Below, in pieces: positions 48,591 to 58,770 of a stretch of DNA of 64,000 nucleotides. Origin of the DNA: an uncultured Verrucomicrobiae bacterium (GTDB lineage: Bacteria; Verrucomicrobiota; Verrucomicrobiia; Limisphaerales; Palsa-1400). The notes under the pieces were generated by a model. It was not told the DNA's origin, ran no database searches, and saw only the letters and a program-made list of their open reading frames with translations. The translations under genes and the position numbers were made by a program. The stretch is from NCBI GenBank assembly GCA_963764165.1, contig CAVXRD010000001.1, positions 1,056,001 to 1,120,000 of the forward strand. Reading direction: 5' to 3'. Positions within the stretch are counted from its first letter, which is position 1, and every line of letters begins with the position of its first letter.

Positions 48591-49424
48591 ATGAAAATCA
48601 TTCGCGCAGCTCACATGGGAATGTGCTTCGGCGTGCGGGACGCCATCGCGAAAGCGATCGATGAATCGTCCCACCGCCCCCTCACCATTCTCGGAGATTT
48701 GGTTCATAACGAAAGCGTGCTGCAAGACCTGCGCTCGCGCGGCATCGCCATTGAGACACAGGCGGCGGCGGTGCAAACTTCGGCTGTGATGATTACGGCG
48801 CATGGCGCTTCCGACAAGACGATGGCGCAAGCGCGCTCGCGCGGGCTGGAAGTCCACGAGGCCACCTGCCCGCTCGTCCACTTCGCGCATCGCGCGGTCC
48901 GGCAATTGGTGCAGCAGGGTTATCATCCGGTCATCATTGGCCAGCGGGGGCACGTCGAAGTGCGCGGCATCACAGAAGACTTAAACGAATTCGATATTGT
49001 GCTGAGCGAAGAGGATGTTCTCGCTCTGAAAGAGCATCCACGGTTTGGCGTCGCCGCGCAAACCACGCAGCCGCTTGATAAAGTTCGAAGGCTTGCCGAG
49101 CTGATTCGCCAGCGATTTTCCAATTCCGAAGTTCGTTTAGTTGACACGGTTTGCCAACCCACCAAACAGCGCCAATCTGCCGCAGTCGAACTGGCCCGGC
49201 AATCAGACGTTGTCATAGTCATTGGTGGCGCGAACAGCAACAACACCCGCGAATTGGCCGCAACCTGCGGGCGCTACTGTGAAAACGCGCATCACGTCCA
49301 AGGCCCGGAGGATTTGCAATTGGATTGGTTCGCCGCGGCCGCCACCGTTGGCATCACCGCGGGAACATCGACACCCGATATTCTTATTGACTCCGTCGAG
49401 AACTGGCTGCGCGCCAATTTATGA
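48591..49424 (+). CDS. ispH: 4-hydroxy-3-methylbut-2-enyl diphosphate reductase
   Basis: GMCFGV, TAHG, ATCPLV, QTT, TVC, SNNT, TAGTSTP. Confidence 0.95.
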   Translation: MKIIRAAHMGMCFGVRDAIAKAIDESSHRPLTILGDLVHNESVLQDLRSRGIAIETQAAAVQTSAVMITAHGASDKTMAQARSRGLEVHEATCPLVHFAHRAVRQLVQQGYHPVIIGQRGHVEVRGITEDLNEFDIVLSEEDVLALKEHPRFGVAAQTTQPLDKVRRLAELIRQRFSNSEVRLVDTVCQPTKQRQSAAVELARQSDVVIVIGGANSNNTRELAATCGRYCENAHHVQGPEDLQLDWFAAAATVGITAGTSTPDILIDSVENWLRANL

Positions 49425-50852
49425 TTTCCTTTTGCGGCTCGCCTTGGCCGGGCCGACGACGCTTTCCACCTCTCCTTGATGCAGGCGGGTGCGAATCTTC
49501 TGGCCGGCCTGAGCATCCTGGCTGGAGCGGATGATTTTGCCGCTGGCAGAGTCCGTCGTGATGGAATAGCCGCGAGCCAAAACTTGCTCCGGCCCGAGGA
49601 GACGCAGATGCCCCGCCAGTGCGTCGCATCGCTGGCGCAAGTCGCGCAGCCGCCGCCGCGCTTGCTCATGCAATCGCGAAGTTTCTTGCGCGAGCTTTTC
49701 GCGGCGCTGCGCCAGGAGGCGGCCGGGACGCAGCATCCGCAATCGGGCCGTCAACAATTGCGCCGCGTGCGCGCGCCAGGCGAAGCCTTCTTGCATCGCT
49801 TGCGCCAGCGCGTCTTTCAGGTCGTCAAAATATTGCAGGCGCTGATTGAGCAAGCGTCGCGGGTGCGAGGCCCGCAGCCTCGCCGCGACTTGCGACAAAT
49901 GGCGTTGTTCCCCGGCGACGCGGCGCCGCGCAGCATCGTCCATCCGATCCAACGCTCCCGGAATCCACCGTGCGCCCGCGAAAAACCCTTCCGTTAGAAT
50001 TTCCGCGCCAGCCGTCGGGGTCGCCGCGCGAAAATCGGCGGCGAAATCGCTGATGGTAAAATCGATCTCGTGGCCCACCGCCGAGACGATGGGAACGGCG
50101 GATTTCACAATCGCGCGGGCAACGGCCTCCTCGTTGAACGCCCACAAATCCTCCAAACTTCCGCCACCGCGTGTCAATAAAATGGCATCCAATTTCGTGC
50201 TGCTCCGCAAGGACCATTCGTTGAGCAGTCCGATGGCCGCCGCGATTTCAGATGCGGCGCCCGATCCCTGCACGGAGCTGGCAACGAAAATGATTTCGAG
50301 CGCGGGATGCCGCCGCTGGACGCAATGCAAGACATCGCGCAGCGCAGCGCCACTGGGCGACGTAATCAATCCGATGCGCTGCGGAAATCGCGGCAGCGGA
50401 CGCTTGCGCTCCTGGGCAAAAAGCCCTTCGCTGTCGAGCTTCAGCTTGAGCCGCTCGAAGGCCGCCTGGAGCGCGCCGATGCCCTGCGGCTCGATGGCGA
50501 GAACGTGAAGCTGGTATTGGCCGCGCGGCTCATAAACCGTCAATTCCCCCTTAAGAATCACCTTCTGCCCGTCCTGCAAAGAACCGCGATTGGCCACCGC
50601 GTCCGTGCGGAACAAAACGCAACTGATTTGCGCGCCGCCGTCCTTCAACGTGAAATAAATGTGCCCCGAGCTTTGATTGCGGCAATTCGTGATTTCTCCG
50701 GAAATCCACAGTTGCCCAAAGTTTCGCTCGAGGATTTTTCGAATATCGCCCGTCAGTTCCGTTACGGAAAAAACCCGCCGCGTCGCCTCCTGCGGGAAAA
50801 GCTCGCCGCCAAAATCCCATTGTGATGACGACTGGCGCGGCATGCGTGTCAA
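49419..50852 (-). CDS. xseA: Exodeoxyribonuclease VII large subunit
   Basis: SGHIYFTLKD, RGGGSLEDLWAFN, GHEIDFTISD, LARGYS. Confidence 0.96.
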   Translation of the reverse strand: MTRMPRQSSSQWDFGGELFPQEATRRVFSVTELTGDIRKILERNFGQLWISGEITNCRNQSSGHIYFTLKDGGAQISCVLFRTDAVANRGSLQDGQKVILKGELTVYEPRGQYQLHVLAIEPQGIGALQAAFERLKLKLDSEGLFAQERKRPLPRFPQRIGLITSPSGAALRDVLHCVQRRHPALEIIFVASSVQGSGAASEIAAAIGLLNEWSLRSSTKLDAILLTRGGGSLEDLWAFNEEAVARAIVKSAVPIVSAVGHEIDFTISDFAADFRAATPTAGAEILTEGFFAGARWIPGALDRMDDAARRRVAGEQRHLSQVAARLRASHPRRLLNQRLQYFDDLKDALAQAMQEGFAWRAHAAQLLTARLRMLRPGRLLAQRREKLAQETSRLHEQARRRLRDLRQRCDALAGHLRLLGPEQVLARGYSITTDSASGKIIRSSQDAQAGQKIRTRLHQGEVESVVGPAKASRKRKS

Positions 50853-51631
50853 TTCAACGATTCGGAAATGCGGATGATGGAGGTCGCGCGGCCCGTCTCA
50901 TTATCGATCCCGATCAGCGCGCCCTGCAATTTGATATTTCCCGAAGCGACACCAAATTTTCGCGGCGTGTTGGTGCAAAATTTCTCGATCACAGGCTGGA
51001 TTTCCCGCCCGAGCACGCTTTCGTGCGGGCCCGTAAAACCGGCATCTGTCAAATAAGCTGTCCCGCCCGGAAAAATCTGTTCATCTGCTGTTTGAACGTG
51101 GGTGTGGGTGCCGATCACGGCGGAAACTTTTCCGTCCAGCATTCGCGCCATGGCAATTTTCTCCGATGTCGCCTCGGCATGCATGTCAACGATAATAATT
51201 GGCGTCATTTGCCGCAGATGCACGATCTCCGCCAGCGCGCAGGGAAAGGGATTATCCAGCGGCGCCATGAAAGTGCGGCCTTGCAGGTTGAGCACGCCTA
51301 CCGCTGGTGCGCCGGAGGATCTCCAGACCGTGCTGCCGCGGCCGACGGTGCCAGGCGGATAATTGCACGGGCGCAAGATTCGCGGTTCGGTTTGCAGAAG
51401 CATCATGACTTCCTTTTGGTCCCAAAGATGATCCCCCGTGGTGATGATGTGGACGCCCGCATCGAGAATTTCCCCGGCGGTGTTGATGGTGATGCCCGCG
51501 CCGCCCGCGGCATTCTCGCCATTGGCCACGATCACATCAATTTGATGTTTCTCCCGCAAGCCCGGCAGCAGCCGGCGCAGGGCGTGCCGGCCGGGTTCAC
51601 CGACCACATCGCCGACGAAAAGCAGATTCAC
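50849..51631 (-). CDS. YmdB-family metallophosphoesterase
   Basis: GDVVG, NGENAAGG, DMHAEATSEK, GTHTHVQTAD. Confidence 0.93.
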   Translation of the reverse strand: MNLLFVGDVVGEPGRHALRRLLPGLREKHQIDVIVANGENAAGGAGITINTAGEILDAGVHIITTGDHLWDQKEVMMLLQTEPRILRPCNYPPGTVGRGSTVWRSSGAPAVGVLNLQGRTFMAPLDNPFPCALAEIVHLRQMTPIIIVDMHAEATSEKIAMARMLDGKVSAVIGTHTHVQTADEQIFPGGTAYLTDAGFTGPHESVLGREIQPVIEKFCTNTPRKFGVASGNIKLQGALIGIDNETGRATSIIRISESLN

Positions 51632-51685
51632 GCAGCGAGCTTAGCTCCCGCGAAGCGAGTGGCAAGGGCGCAAATCGATCTTTGA

Positions 51686-51789
51686 AGGCAGGGACGCCTC
51701 GGCGAGGCGTCCGGGGTGAAACGTTATCCACGCGGGAGCCGTTGGAATGTCCACGCCCAACCGGACGCCTCGGCGAGGCGTCCCTGCCT
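51686..51789. repeat. REPIN-like pair of GGACGCCTCGGCGAGGCGTCC palindromes
   Basis: Two copies with inverted AGGCAG/CTGCCT flanks; same element at 61411-61508. Confidence 0.85.
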
Positions 51790-51870
51790 CGGAATTAAGA
51801 TGCGTCTGCCCTGACTGGAAGCCGAACTCTGCTCGACATTCCTGCTTCGCTTCGGTAAACAACACGGTGC

Positions 51871-52689
51871 GTGAACCCTGGGTTGCCAAGTCTCCTGCTT
51901 TTGATTCCGGCCTATAACGAAGAGGCGCGGATTGGCCCCGTTTTGAAGACTTACGCCGAATTCTTTCCGAAACATTACCAGGGCAAATTTCAATTGGTGG
52001 TCGTGCTGAACGGCTGCCGCGACAACACGCTGGGCGTTGTGAAATCGGTCGCGGCCGATTACCCGGTTATCAGCTGGGCCAACCACCTGGACCCCATCGG
52101 CAAGGGTGGCGCATTGATCGAGGGGCTCAGGATGGCTCCGCTGGCGGATTTGATCGGATACGTGGACGCGGACGGCGCCACCGAGCCGCTGGCTTTTCTC
52201 GATCTTGTCAAACACATCGAAGAGGCCGATTGCGTCATTGGCTCCCGCTGGGTCAAGGGAGCGGTGCTTCACCAGGTGCAATCGGGTGAACGGCGGGTCG
52301 CCAGCAGGTGCTTTCATTTCATCGTCCGCTTTTTCTTTCCGAGCCTGAAAATACGCGACACGCAGTGCGGCGCCAAAGTGATGAAACGGGAGGTCGTCGA
52401 GAAAATTCATTCGTCCCTTTGCATCGCCGACATGGCCTTCGACATAAATCTTCTTTACCTCATCCAGCGCAGCGGCTATCGCATCCTTGAAGTTCCGACC
52501 GAATGGACCGACAAGACGGGTTCGAAAGTGAGTCTCTTCAAATCATCGCTGACGATGCTGCTGTCTGTGCTTCGTGTGCGTTCAATTTATTCGCCGCTCA
52601 AGCCGTTGCGTCCGCTTTTTGCCCCGATTGAGAATTGGTTTTATCGGAAGCTTTCTCCGGTCCCGCCAAAGCCGGATCCAAAGGAGTGA
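51871..52689 (+). CDS. GT2 glycosyltransferase (polyprenol-phosphate hexosyltransferase-like)
   Basis: IPAYNEE, GKGGA, YVDADG, DTQCGAK. Confidence 0.9.
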   Translation: MNPGLPSLLLLIPAYNEEARIGPVLKTYAEFFPKHYQGKFQLVVVLNGCRDNTLGVVKSVAADYPVISWANHLDPIGKGGALIEGLRMAPLADLIGYVDADGATEPLAFLDLVKHIEEADCVIGSRWVKGAVLHQVQSGERRVASRCFHFIVRFFFPSLKIRDTQCGAKVMKREVVEKIHSSLCIADMAFDINLLYLIQRSGYRILEVPTEWTDKTGSKVSLFKSSLTMLLSVLRVRSIYSPLKPLRPLFAPIENWFYRKLSPVPPKPDPKE

Positions 52690-53959
52690 GCGGCCCATTC
52701 CCGAGCGAGAAAAGAGCCGCGACCAAACAAAGCGCCAAATTGGCCGCGCCGACCGTCTGAATCACCCGGACGAACGCATCAAATGGCTGCGCCATCCGCA
52801 CCAGCGCCGGGGCTTCCAAGCAAAGCGCCGCTGTATAAAGTGGCGGCACCAGCATCAGCCAACATATCGCCCGAAAATCCCCTCGCGCGAGGAGGTTTTG
52901 CACCAGCACGTTGGCGACGGTCAGCGGCAGCAGCGCCCAGGCAAACCAAGGCACCAACGGCGCGGCGCTCCACATTTCGCGGTTGCTGAAGTAAATGCCC
53001 ATCAGCGGCAATTTGGGAAAAATCGTGCAGCCAATTCCAGAGACCATTCCAAATAGAATTGTCGCAACGAGTGTCACGCGCAGCCCGCCGCCGTCTTCAG
53101 AGCGCGACACGCTCTTCGCCACCCGCGCGAACATTACGAGCGCAACCGGCGCGATGAATTGCACGATGGCAAAGCCCGTCAGCATCGCGCCGAGGTAAAG
53201 CGCAGTCTGGCGCGTGTCGGTGAAAAGGCTTTGCACGAAGAGCATGTCGATGCTTTGCATCAGAAGCACTGTCCCGAGTCCGACGGTCATCGGCAGCGCG
53301 ACGTTCAACCATTTTCGCCATCGAAATTTCACTTCGCTCCTGGCGGCCCAAACGGGTCGCGTCATCAATGCTCCGAGCACAATGGTGATCACCTGTCCCA
53401 CCACGGCTGCAAACATCACCGAAGCCGCTTTGCCACCGAAAGCGAGCACCACGAGGCACGTTGCCGTGAAGCGTCCTGCTCCGTCGCAAATTTGCAGCCA
53501 GCCCAATCCAAAAAAATGGTGTTGACCTTGAAGGACGCCCTTCGCCACTGGAATCCAAAGCGACGTCAAACCGATGACCAGCATGAAACCGAGCGCGGCG
53601 ACATTGTGAATCTTGAGAAGGTGCGAGATTGGCCGCGCCGACGCAAAAATGGCGATTGCGCATAGCGCCCAAATTGAAAACGTCGCAAATAAAACGGATC
53701 GAACAGTGCTTGCGAGTTCCGCTTCTTCGGCGTCGTTCTTCACTGCCGCCGCCTGACGCGCGAAAATTGTTTGAAGGGCGGCGGCGGGGATCCCGAGGAT
53801 GATGAGAACGCGCAACAACGCTCCAAAAGTCGAATAATCCTCCGCTCCCATTTTTCGCGCGACCGTGTGGACAAGGGTCATGAGCGTCCCGCCGACGAAC
53901 GTGGAAATGACCATCCAACCACTTTGCCGAAAGAAGCCCGTGTCCCGCTTCGCGCTCAT
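52598..53959 (-). CDS. Oligosaccharide flippase (Wzx/MATE-like)
   Basis: Multiple TM helices; GVLQG, LYLGA patterns. Confidence 0.75.
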   Translation of the reverse strand: MSAKRDTGFFRQSGWMVISTFVGGTLMTLVHTVARKMGAEDYSTFGALLRVLIILGIPAAALQTIFARQAAAVKNDAEEAELASTVRSVLFATFSIWALCAIAIFASARPISHLLKIHNVAALGFMLVIGLTSLWIPVAKGVLQGQHHFFGLGWLQICDGAGRFTATCLVVLAFGGKAASVMFAAVVGQVITIVLGALMTRPVWAARSEVKFRWRKWLNVALPMTVGLGTVLLMQSIDMLFVQSLFTDTRQTALYLGAMLTGFAIVQFIAPVALVMFARVAKSVSRSEDGGGLRVTLVATILFGMVSGIGCTIFPKLPLMGIYFSNREMWSAAPLVPWFAWALLPLTVANVLVQNLLARGDFRAICWLMLVPPLYTAALCLEAPALVRMAQPFDAFVRVIQTVGAANLALCLVAALFSLGNGPLTPLDPALAGPEKASDKTNSQSGQKADATA

Positions 53960-53963
53960 GGAG

Positions 53964-55093
53964 TCATGGCAGCGATTGCAGGAAACGAAGGAAGCAGTCC
54001 GCGGCGCCGTTCAGAGATTTCAGACTGATCCACTCGTCGGCAGTGTGAGCCTGGGCAAGGTCGCCCGGCCCAAACACAATGCTCGGCGTGCCCGATTCCG
54101 CCAGCACCGCGGCATCGCAGAAAAAATGAACTCCCACCGGCGCTTTTTGGCGTGCCGCTTTGAGGAATTGCTGCACCAGCGGACGGTCCGCGTTTGTTTC
54201 CATCGGCTGGCAAGGAGCGTCTTTTTCGTCGTGAATAATCGCGCGCAATTTGTGCTTGCGCAGCAGCGCCTGCAATTCGCGCTTCACGCTCGCTTCCGTT
54301 TCCCCCGGCAATGTGCGGCGGTCGGCGCTCGCTTCGCACGCGGCGGGAACGATGTTCGCCTGGCTGCCGCCCTTGATCCAACCAACGCTGATTGTCGGAC
54401 TGCCGAGCAATGGATGCCTCCGCTTGGCCAGCATCGCGGCATATTCGGTTTGCATCACATCGACAATGCGGGACATTTCGTGGACTGCATTTATTCCCCG
54501 ATCGGGGCATGCACCGTGCGCCGCTTTGCCGCGAGTTTCGAGGTGCAGCCAGAGGCTCCCTTTGTGGGCCGTGACGACCTTTAGTTTGGTTGGCTCGCCA
54601 ACAATGGCCAGGTCCGCTTTGAAACCGCTGGCGGCCAAGGCGCGCGAGCCCGCTTGCGCTTTCTCCTCGTCAATGAATGCGCAAAAAACAATTTCGGTTT
54701 CGGCGGCCGCGGATGATTTCGCGCAAACTCCATCAGCGCCCCCAGCATCGACGCCACCGAACCTTTCGTGTCGCACGCCCCGCGCCCGTAGATGCGGCCA
54801 TCGCGCAGCGCGGGAACAAGCTGCTCCGGCGTGAACGCGCCAACGGTGTCCATGTGCGGCGCAAGGAGAATGCGTTTCTTGACAGGGCCGCTTGGAGAAA
54901 GGCTGGCAAGGACATTCGAACGGCCCTGAACAACGTCCTGCATTTCGACATCCAGTCCCGCCTTGGCAGCAGTCGCCGCCAGGAAATCCGCGACGCGCCC
55001 TTCGCCCGCCAGTGGGTCGCCCTCCGGCAGAAAAGCAGGATTGACGCTCGGCAGCGCGATCAGTTCACGCGTGAGTTTTTCGATTTCGGTCAC
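53964..55093 (-). pseudogene. M20 ArgE/DapE-family deacylase split by a frameshift near 54700
   Basis: HMDTV and GRGACDTKG in one frame; DEE, GEPT, GPG...AHT in another. Confidence 0.85.
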
Positions 55094-55495
55094 CGGCGCA
55101 GATTAATCCCTTCACCCACCGGCGCAAGGCAAAGTCTGCTCGTCCCTTGTTCCCTGGCGCAGGGCAGCTTTTGACAGAGGCGGATTACTGCGCCGAACTG
55201 ATGACGAACCACCCCGGTGCCATCGGTTCCGATTAAAGACGTGGGTCCGCACCCAATCGGGGACACCTTTTCATTTTTCTTGGACACACAAAAACCCCAT
55301 CGCTAAACGTGGCACGCGGGCATTGAGGCTTGCCACTGCCCGCGTGCCGAGTTGCTGTCAAGAGGATTGGAAGCCAAATGCGAATCAAATCCATGCAAAC
55401 CAGAATTGAGCCGCTGGCGCGAAGGGAGGCAAATGAGTTTGCAAATCTGATTCGCGCCCGTTATTCCCCCGGCAATCGAAGCGCAATCGAATTTT

Positions 55496-56569
55496 CTACA
55501 ATAACGTGAGCTGTTGGGCGGTTGGCTCCCGAAGATTGCTTACACCCAGCCCAAGCAGACGCAGCGGCCTCGATACCAATCTTTCGCGACCCAATAAAAA
55601 GCATCCAAGCCGGTAAATTTCCGACGATTCGGTGATCGGCTCCTCAACGGAAATCTGGCGCGTGAGAGTCGTGAAATCCGTGTAGCGAACTTTCACTTGG
55701 ACAGTGTGCGCAGCCAGTTGCTTTTTTTTGAGGCGCCCCGAAATATCAGCGGCCTGCTCGCGCAAACAGGCGCGCAGAATTTTCCGATCTTCGGTGTCCC
55801 TCAAAAATGTCTCCTCGCCACTGATGCTCTTGACATCGTCTCCAATGGAAAGCGGACGATCATCCTCGCCGAAGGCAAACTGTTTCAACTTGACGCCGAA
55901 CGAACCGATGATCGCGCGAAGGTCGCCGGTGTAATCCTGCAAATCCCCCACTGTCGCCACGCCCGCCTGCGCCAGAGTTTGCTCGGTGACTTTGCCGACA
56001 CCGTAGAGCGCGCGCACCGGCAGAGGGCGCAGAAAAGCAATCTTGTTCTTGTCAGGCACGACGGTGAGGCCGTCGGGCTTTTTGTGGTCGCTCGCAATCT
56101 TTGCCAGAAGCTTGTTCGACGCGATGCCAATGGTGGCCGTCAGCTTTCGCTCGGCGGCAATTCTATGTTTGACAGTTTGTGCCAGCGGAACGGCCTTTTG
56201 CAGAGAATCATCGATTTCGGCGGCCTGGCAAAGCTGGGAGACGTCGAGGTAGGCTTCGTCGATGGACATTTGCTCGATGATCCCGCCGGTGTCCGCCACG
56301 ATGTCCATGATGCGGCGCGATTCTTCGCGATAGCGATCCATGCGCGGCCGCACGAAAACGCCATTGGGACAGAGCCGCCCGGCGGTTGCGCTCGGCATGG
56401 CGGAACGAACGCCGAATTTGCGCGCCTCGTAGCTCGCCGCGCAAACGACGCCACGCTGGTTCGGCGGCGCGCCGACGATGACCGGGCGCCCGCGCAGCCG
56501 CGGCTCATCGCGCTGCTCGACGGATGCGTAAAAGGCGTCCATGTCCAGATGGCAAATGACGCGAAACAC
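55496..56569 (-). CDS. dinB: DNA polymerase IV
   Basis: HLDMDAFYASVE, SYEARKFGVRSAM, SIDEAY, AKIASD..KPDG. Confidence 0.96.
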   Translation of the reverse strand: MFRVICHLDMDAFYASVEQRDEPRLRGRPVIVGAPPNQRGVVCAASYEARKFGVRSAMPSATAGRLCPNGVFVRPRMDRYREESRRIMDIVADTGGIIEQMSIDEAYLDVSQLCQAAEIDDSLQKAVPLAQTVKHRIAAERKLTATIGIASNKLLAKIASDHKKPDGLTVVPDKNKIAFLRPLPVRALYGVGKVTEQTLAQAGVATVGDLQDYTGDLRAIIGSFGVKLKQFAFGEDDRPLSIGDDVKSISGEETFLRDTEDRKILRACLREQAADISGRLKKKQLAAHTVQVKVRYTDFTTLTRQISVEEPITESSEIYRLGCFLLGRERLVSRPLRLLGLGVSNLREPTAQQLTLL

Positions 56570-56692
56570 AGGCTGACAGTAACCTATTCGATGCGGCAGG
56601 GCGAGGCTCCTGCCGAGCCGTTCGACCATTGCCTGAAAATAGGAAGAATGGGACTTATAGGGCTCAAGGTCCTATGAGCCTCCCATAAATTA

Positions 56693-57934
56693 TTACAGAA
56701 CCGCCGGAATTTTCGTTGAGCGCGAAGATAAATCTTCCGGCTGACCCGCATCCGCCTCCACCGGTTCCGTCACGGGGAAAATGATCGCCGCCGCCACCAT
56801 TGCCAATGCGCCACACGACAGCCACAGCGCATAAGGGCTGATGGCAAAGAGGCGCAGGCCGATTTGGGGCGCAACGATTAATGCAGCTGACCACGTCAGC
56901 GAATACACTCCCATGTATCTCCCCCGCAAATGCGCCGGCGCAAGCCCCGCAACGTATGCGCTGGACACCGGCATCGTCACCATTTCGCCAACGGTGAAAA
57001 TCACGAGGCACCCCACCAGCGCGGGCACGGTGTGCGCGAACGCGATCAACGTGAACCCTGCCCCGATGATCAAATAGCCCACAAACATCACGAGGCGCGA
57101 AGGAAGCTTCCGCGTCCATGAGGTCAGCGGCAGCTCGCACATCACCACCAAGACGCCGTTCAGCGACAAGATAAGCCCATACGTCGAGGTGGGAAATCCC
57201 TGCTTCGTGACGTGAAGCCCGAACGTCGAGCTGATTTGCAGGAACACAATGGCGAGCAAAAACGCGGCGCCCAACACGCGGAGAAATCTCCGGTCGCCGC
57301 CGAGCGCTTTAAAATCTTTTGTCCATCCGCCGCCCTCATGGGGAACGGGTTTTCCCCGCGGCAAGGCGATCAGCGCGATGATTCCGAACAGCACCGAGGT
57401 CGCGGCGTCACCCGCAAACAACCAGAAGTACCCCCTCGCCGCCAGAAAACCGGCCGTCGCCGGGCCGAAGGCAAATCCCGCATTAAATGCCATCCGGTAA
57501 GCCGCGTAAGCAGTGACACGTTGATTGTGAGGCACAAGGTCGGCGAGCAACGCGCTGCTGGCGGGCCGATAAAGCTCGCCTGTCAACGCGGCGAGAAAGG
57601 TCGACAAAATAATGCCTGGCAGGCTGTTCGACTGCGACAGCATCACCATCGCGGCAGCCACGGAAAACATCGAAATCGCGATCGTCTTGCGCCTGCCGAT
57701 GACGTCTGCCAGATGGCCGCCAATGAGCGACGCCATCAAGCCTCCGAGTCCGTAGGCGCTCATGGCCAGGCCGGCGTCGGTCAAGGAGAATCCGCGCTGC
57801 GTCAAATATAAGGTAAGGAACGGGATGACAAACGTCCCGAATTTATTCAGGAACGTCCCGAGAAACAAAACCCACGCCGCCCGCGGGAGCAAGCGCAGCC
57901 GCGTCAACAACGAACCATCATCAGCTTCGTTCAT
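56693..57934 (-). CDS. MFS transporter (drug-efflux-like)
   Basis: GHLADVIGRRK MFS motif A; LRGRYMG; 12-TM pattern. Confidence 0.92.
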   Translation of the reverse strand: MNEADDGSLLTRLRLLPRAAWVLFLGTFLNKFGTFVIPFLTLYLTQRGFSLTDAGLAMSAYGLGGLMASLIGGHLADVIGRRKTIAISMFSVAAAMVMLSQSNSLPGIILSTFLAALTGELYRPASSALLADLVPHNQRVTAYAAYRMAFNAGFAFGPATAGFLAARGYFWLFAGDAATSVLFGIIALIALPRGKPVPHEGGGWTKDFKALGGDRRFLRVLGAAFLLAIVFLQISSTFGLHVTKQGFPTSTYGLILSLNGVLVVMCELPLTSWTRKLPSRLVMFVGYLIIGAGFTLIAFAHTVPALVGCLVIFTVGEMVTMPVSSAYVAGLAPAHLRGRYMGVYSLTWSAALIVAPQIGLRLFAISPYALWLSCGALAMVAAAIIFPVTEPVEADAGQPEDLSSRSTKIPAVL

Positions 57935-57975
57935 AAAAGCAAAAAACCCTGCCCGCCTTTCGGCAAGCAGGGTTT
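57935..57975 (-). terminator. Intrinsic terminator/attenuator directly upstream of the MFS start codon
   Basis: AAACCCTGCTTGCC-GAAA-GGCGGGCAGGGTTT followed by a U tract. Confidence 0.85.
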
Positions 57976-57993
57976 GGAAAAATTCTTTCTTCT

Positions 57994-58149
57994 TTACCTG
58001 CCCGCCTCCGCTTTGTGCCAGTTCAGATTCATGGACTGGACAGAGTTACGGCCAAACATAACGCGCGTGGAATAGCGCGCAGCCATCGCCGGCTTGGAAG
58101 CCAGCGGCGCGGCGCCGTTCGCGGCGGTCATGTTCGGGCAAGTGGTCAT
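57994..58149 (-). CDS. Putative leader peptide (up to 51 aa, ends ...MNLNWHKAEAGR)
   Basis: Its last codons contain GGCGGGCAGG, complementary to the 5' arm of the terminator. Confidence 0.55.
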   Translation of the reverse strand: MTTCPNMTAANGAAPLASKPAMAARYSTRVMFGRNSVQSMNLNWHKAEAGR

Positions 58150-58248
58150 TTACTGTGGGAAATTTCTAACACGGCGGCGTTCCAGAGGGCAACTAATAAC
58201 TTTCATGAATCACAATCGCAAGATGTAATATTCGGATGCGTTGATGAG

Positions 58249-58698
58249 TCACTTCTTCTCGCTGTCTTCCTCTTTCACTTTCGCATCCGCGCGCAGCTTT
58301 GCGAGCTTGGCGGTGTCGCCGAACCACACCACCGCGCCGCAGCGCGCGCACATGCGGGCCTTGGTGGCAATGGAACTGTCCTTGAGCGTCCAGAATTTCG
58401 TTTTTGCAGGGGAGAAATAATTCAATCCCGTGCTCCGCACCGTTCCCTCGATCAAATCGTCGTGGCGGCAAACCGGGCAGATCTCGCGGGCCTTGTCCAC
58501 ATCGCGATCACTGTGATAAATCTGCATCACAGCATCAAGGTCCTCCTGCCAGAAGCGCGTCGAGTCCCCAACTTTGCGATAGGTGATTTTCCCCTCGCGC
58601 ATCCAGCGGTAGAGCGTCGGCTCGCCGACGTCGAGGATTTCCGCGGCCTCGCGGATGGAGAACCATTTCATTTTCGCGGGCGATTCAGTCGATTCCAT
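58249..58698 (-). CDS. Excisionase-type HTH + Zn-ribbon DNA-binding protein
   Basis: FSIREAAEILDVGEPTLYRW; CPVC...CARC. Confidence 0.8.
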   Translation of the reverse strand: MESTESPAKMKWFSIREAAEILDVGEPTLYRWMREGKITYRKVGDSTRFWQEDLDAVMQIYHSDRDVDKAREICPVCRHDDLIEGTVRSTGLNYFSPAKTKFWTLKDSSIATKARMCARCGAVVWFGDTAKLAKLRADAKVKEEDSEKK

Positions 58699-58770
58699 AA
58701 TGATCCATTTTACGCGCCATCTCGCAACGCGCAAGGAGAAATGATATTAAATGATAGCAAATGATATTTT

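Noticed and set aside
55090..55370. 65-aa ORF and the GGCACGCGGGCA...TGCCCGCGTGCC hairpin as a riboswitch or leader for the M20 gene
   Set aside because: The hairpin is real, but I could not match a riboswitch consensus and the ORF has no recognisable features
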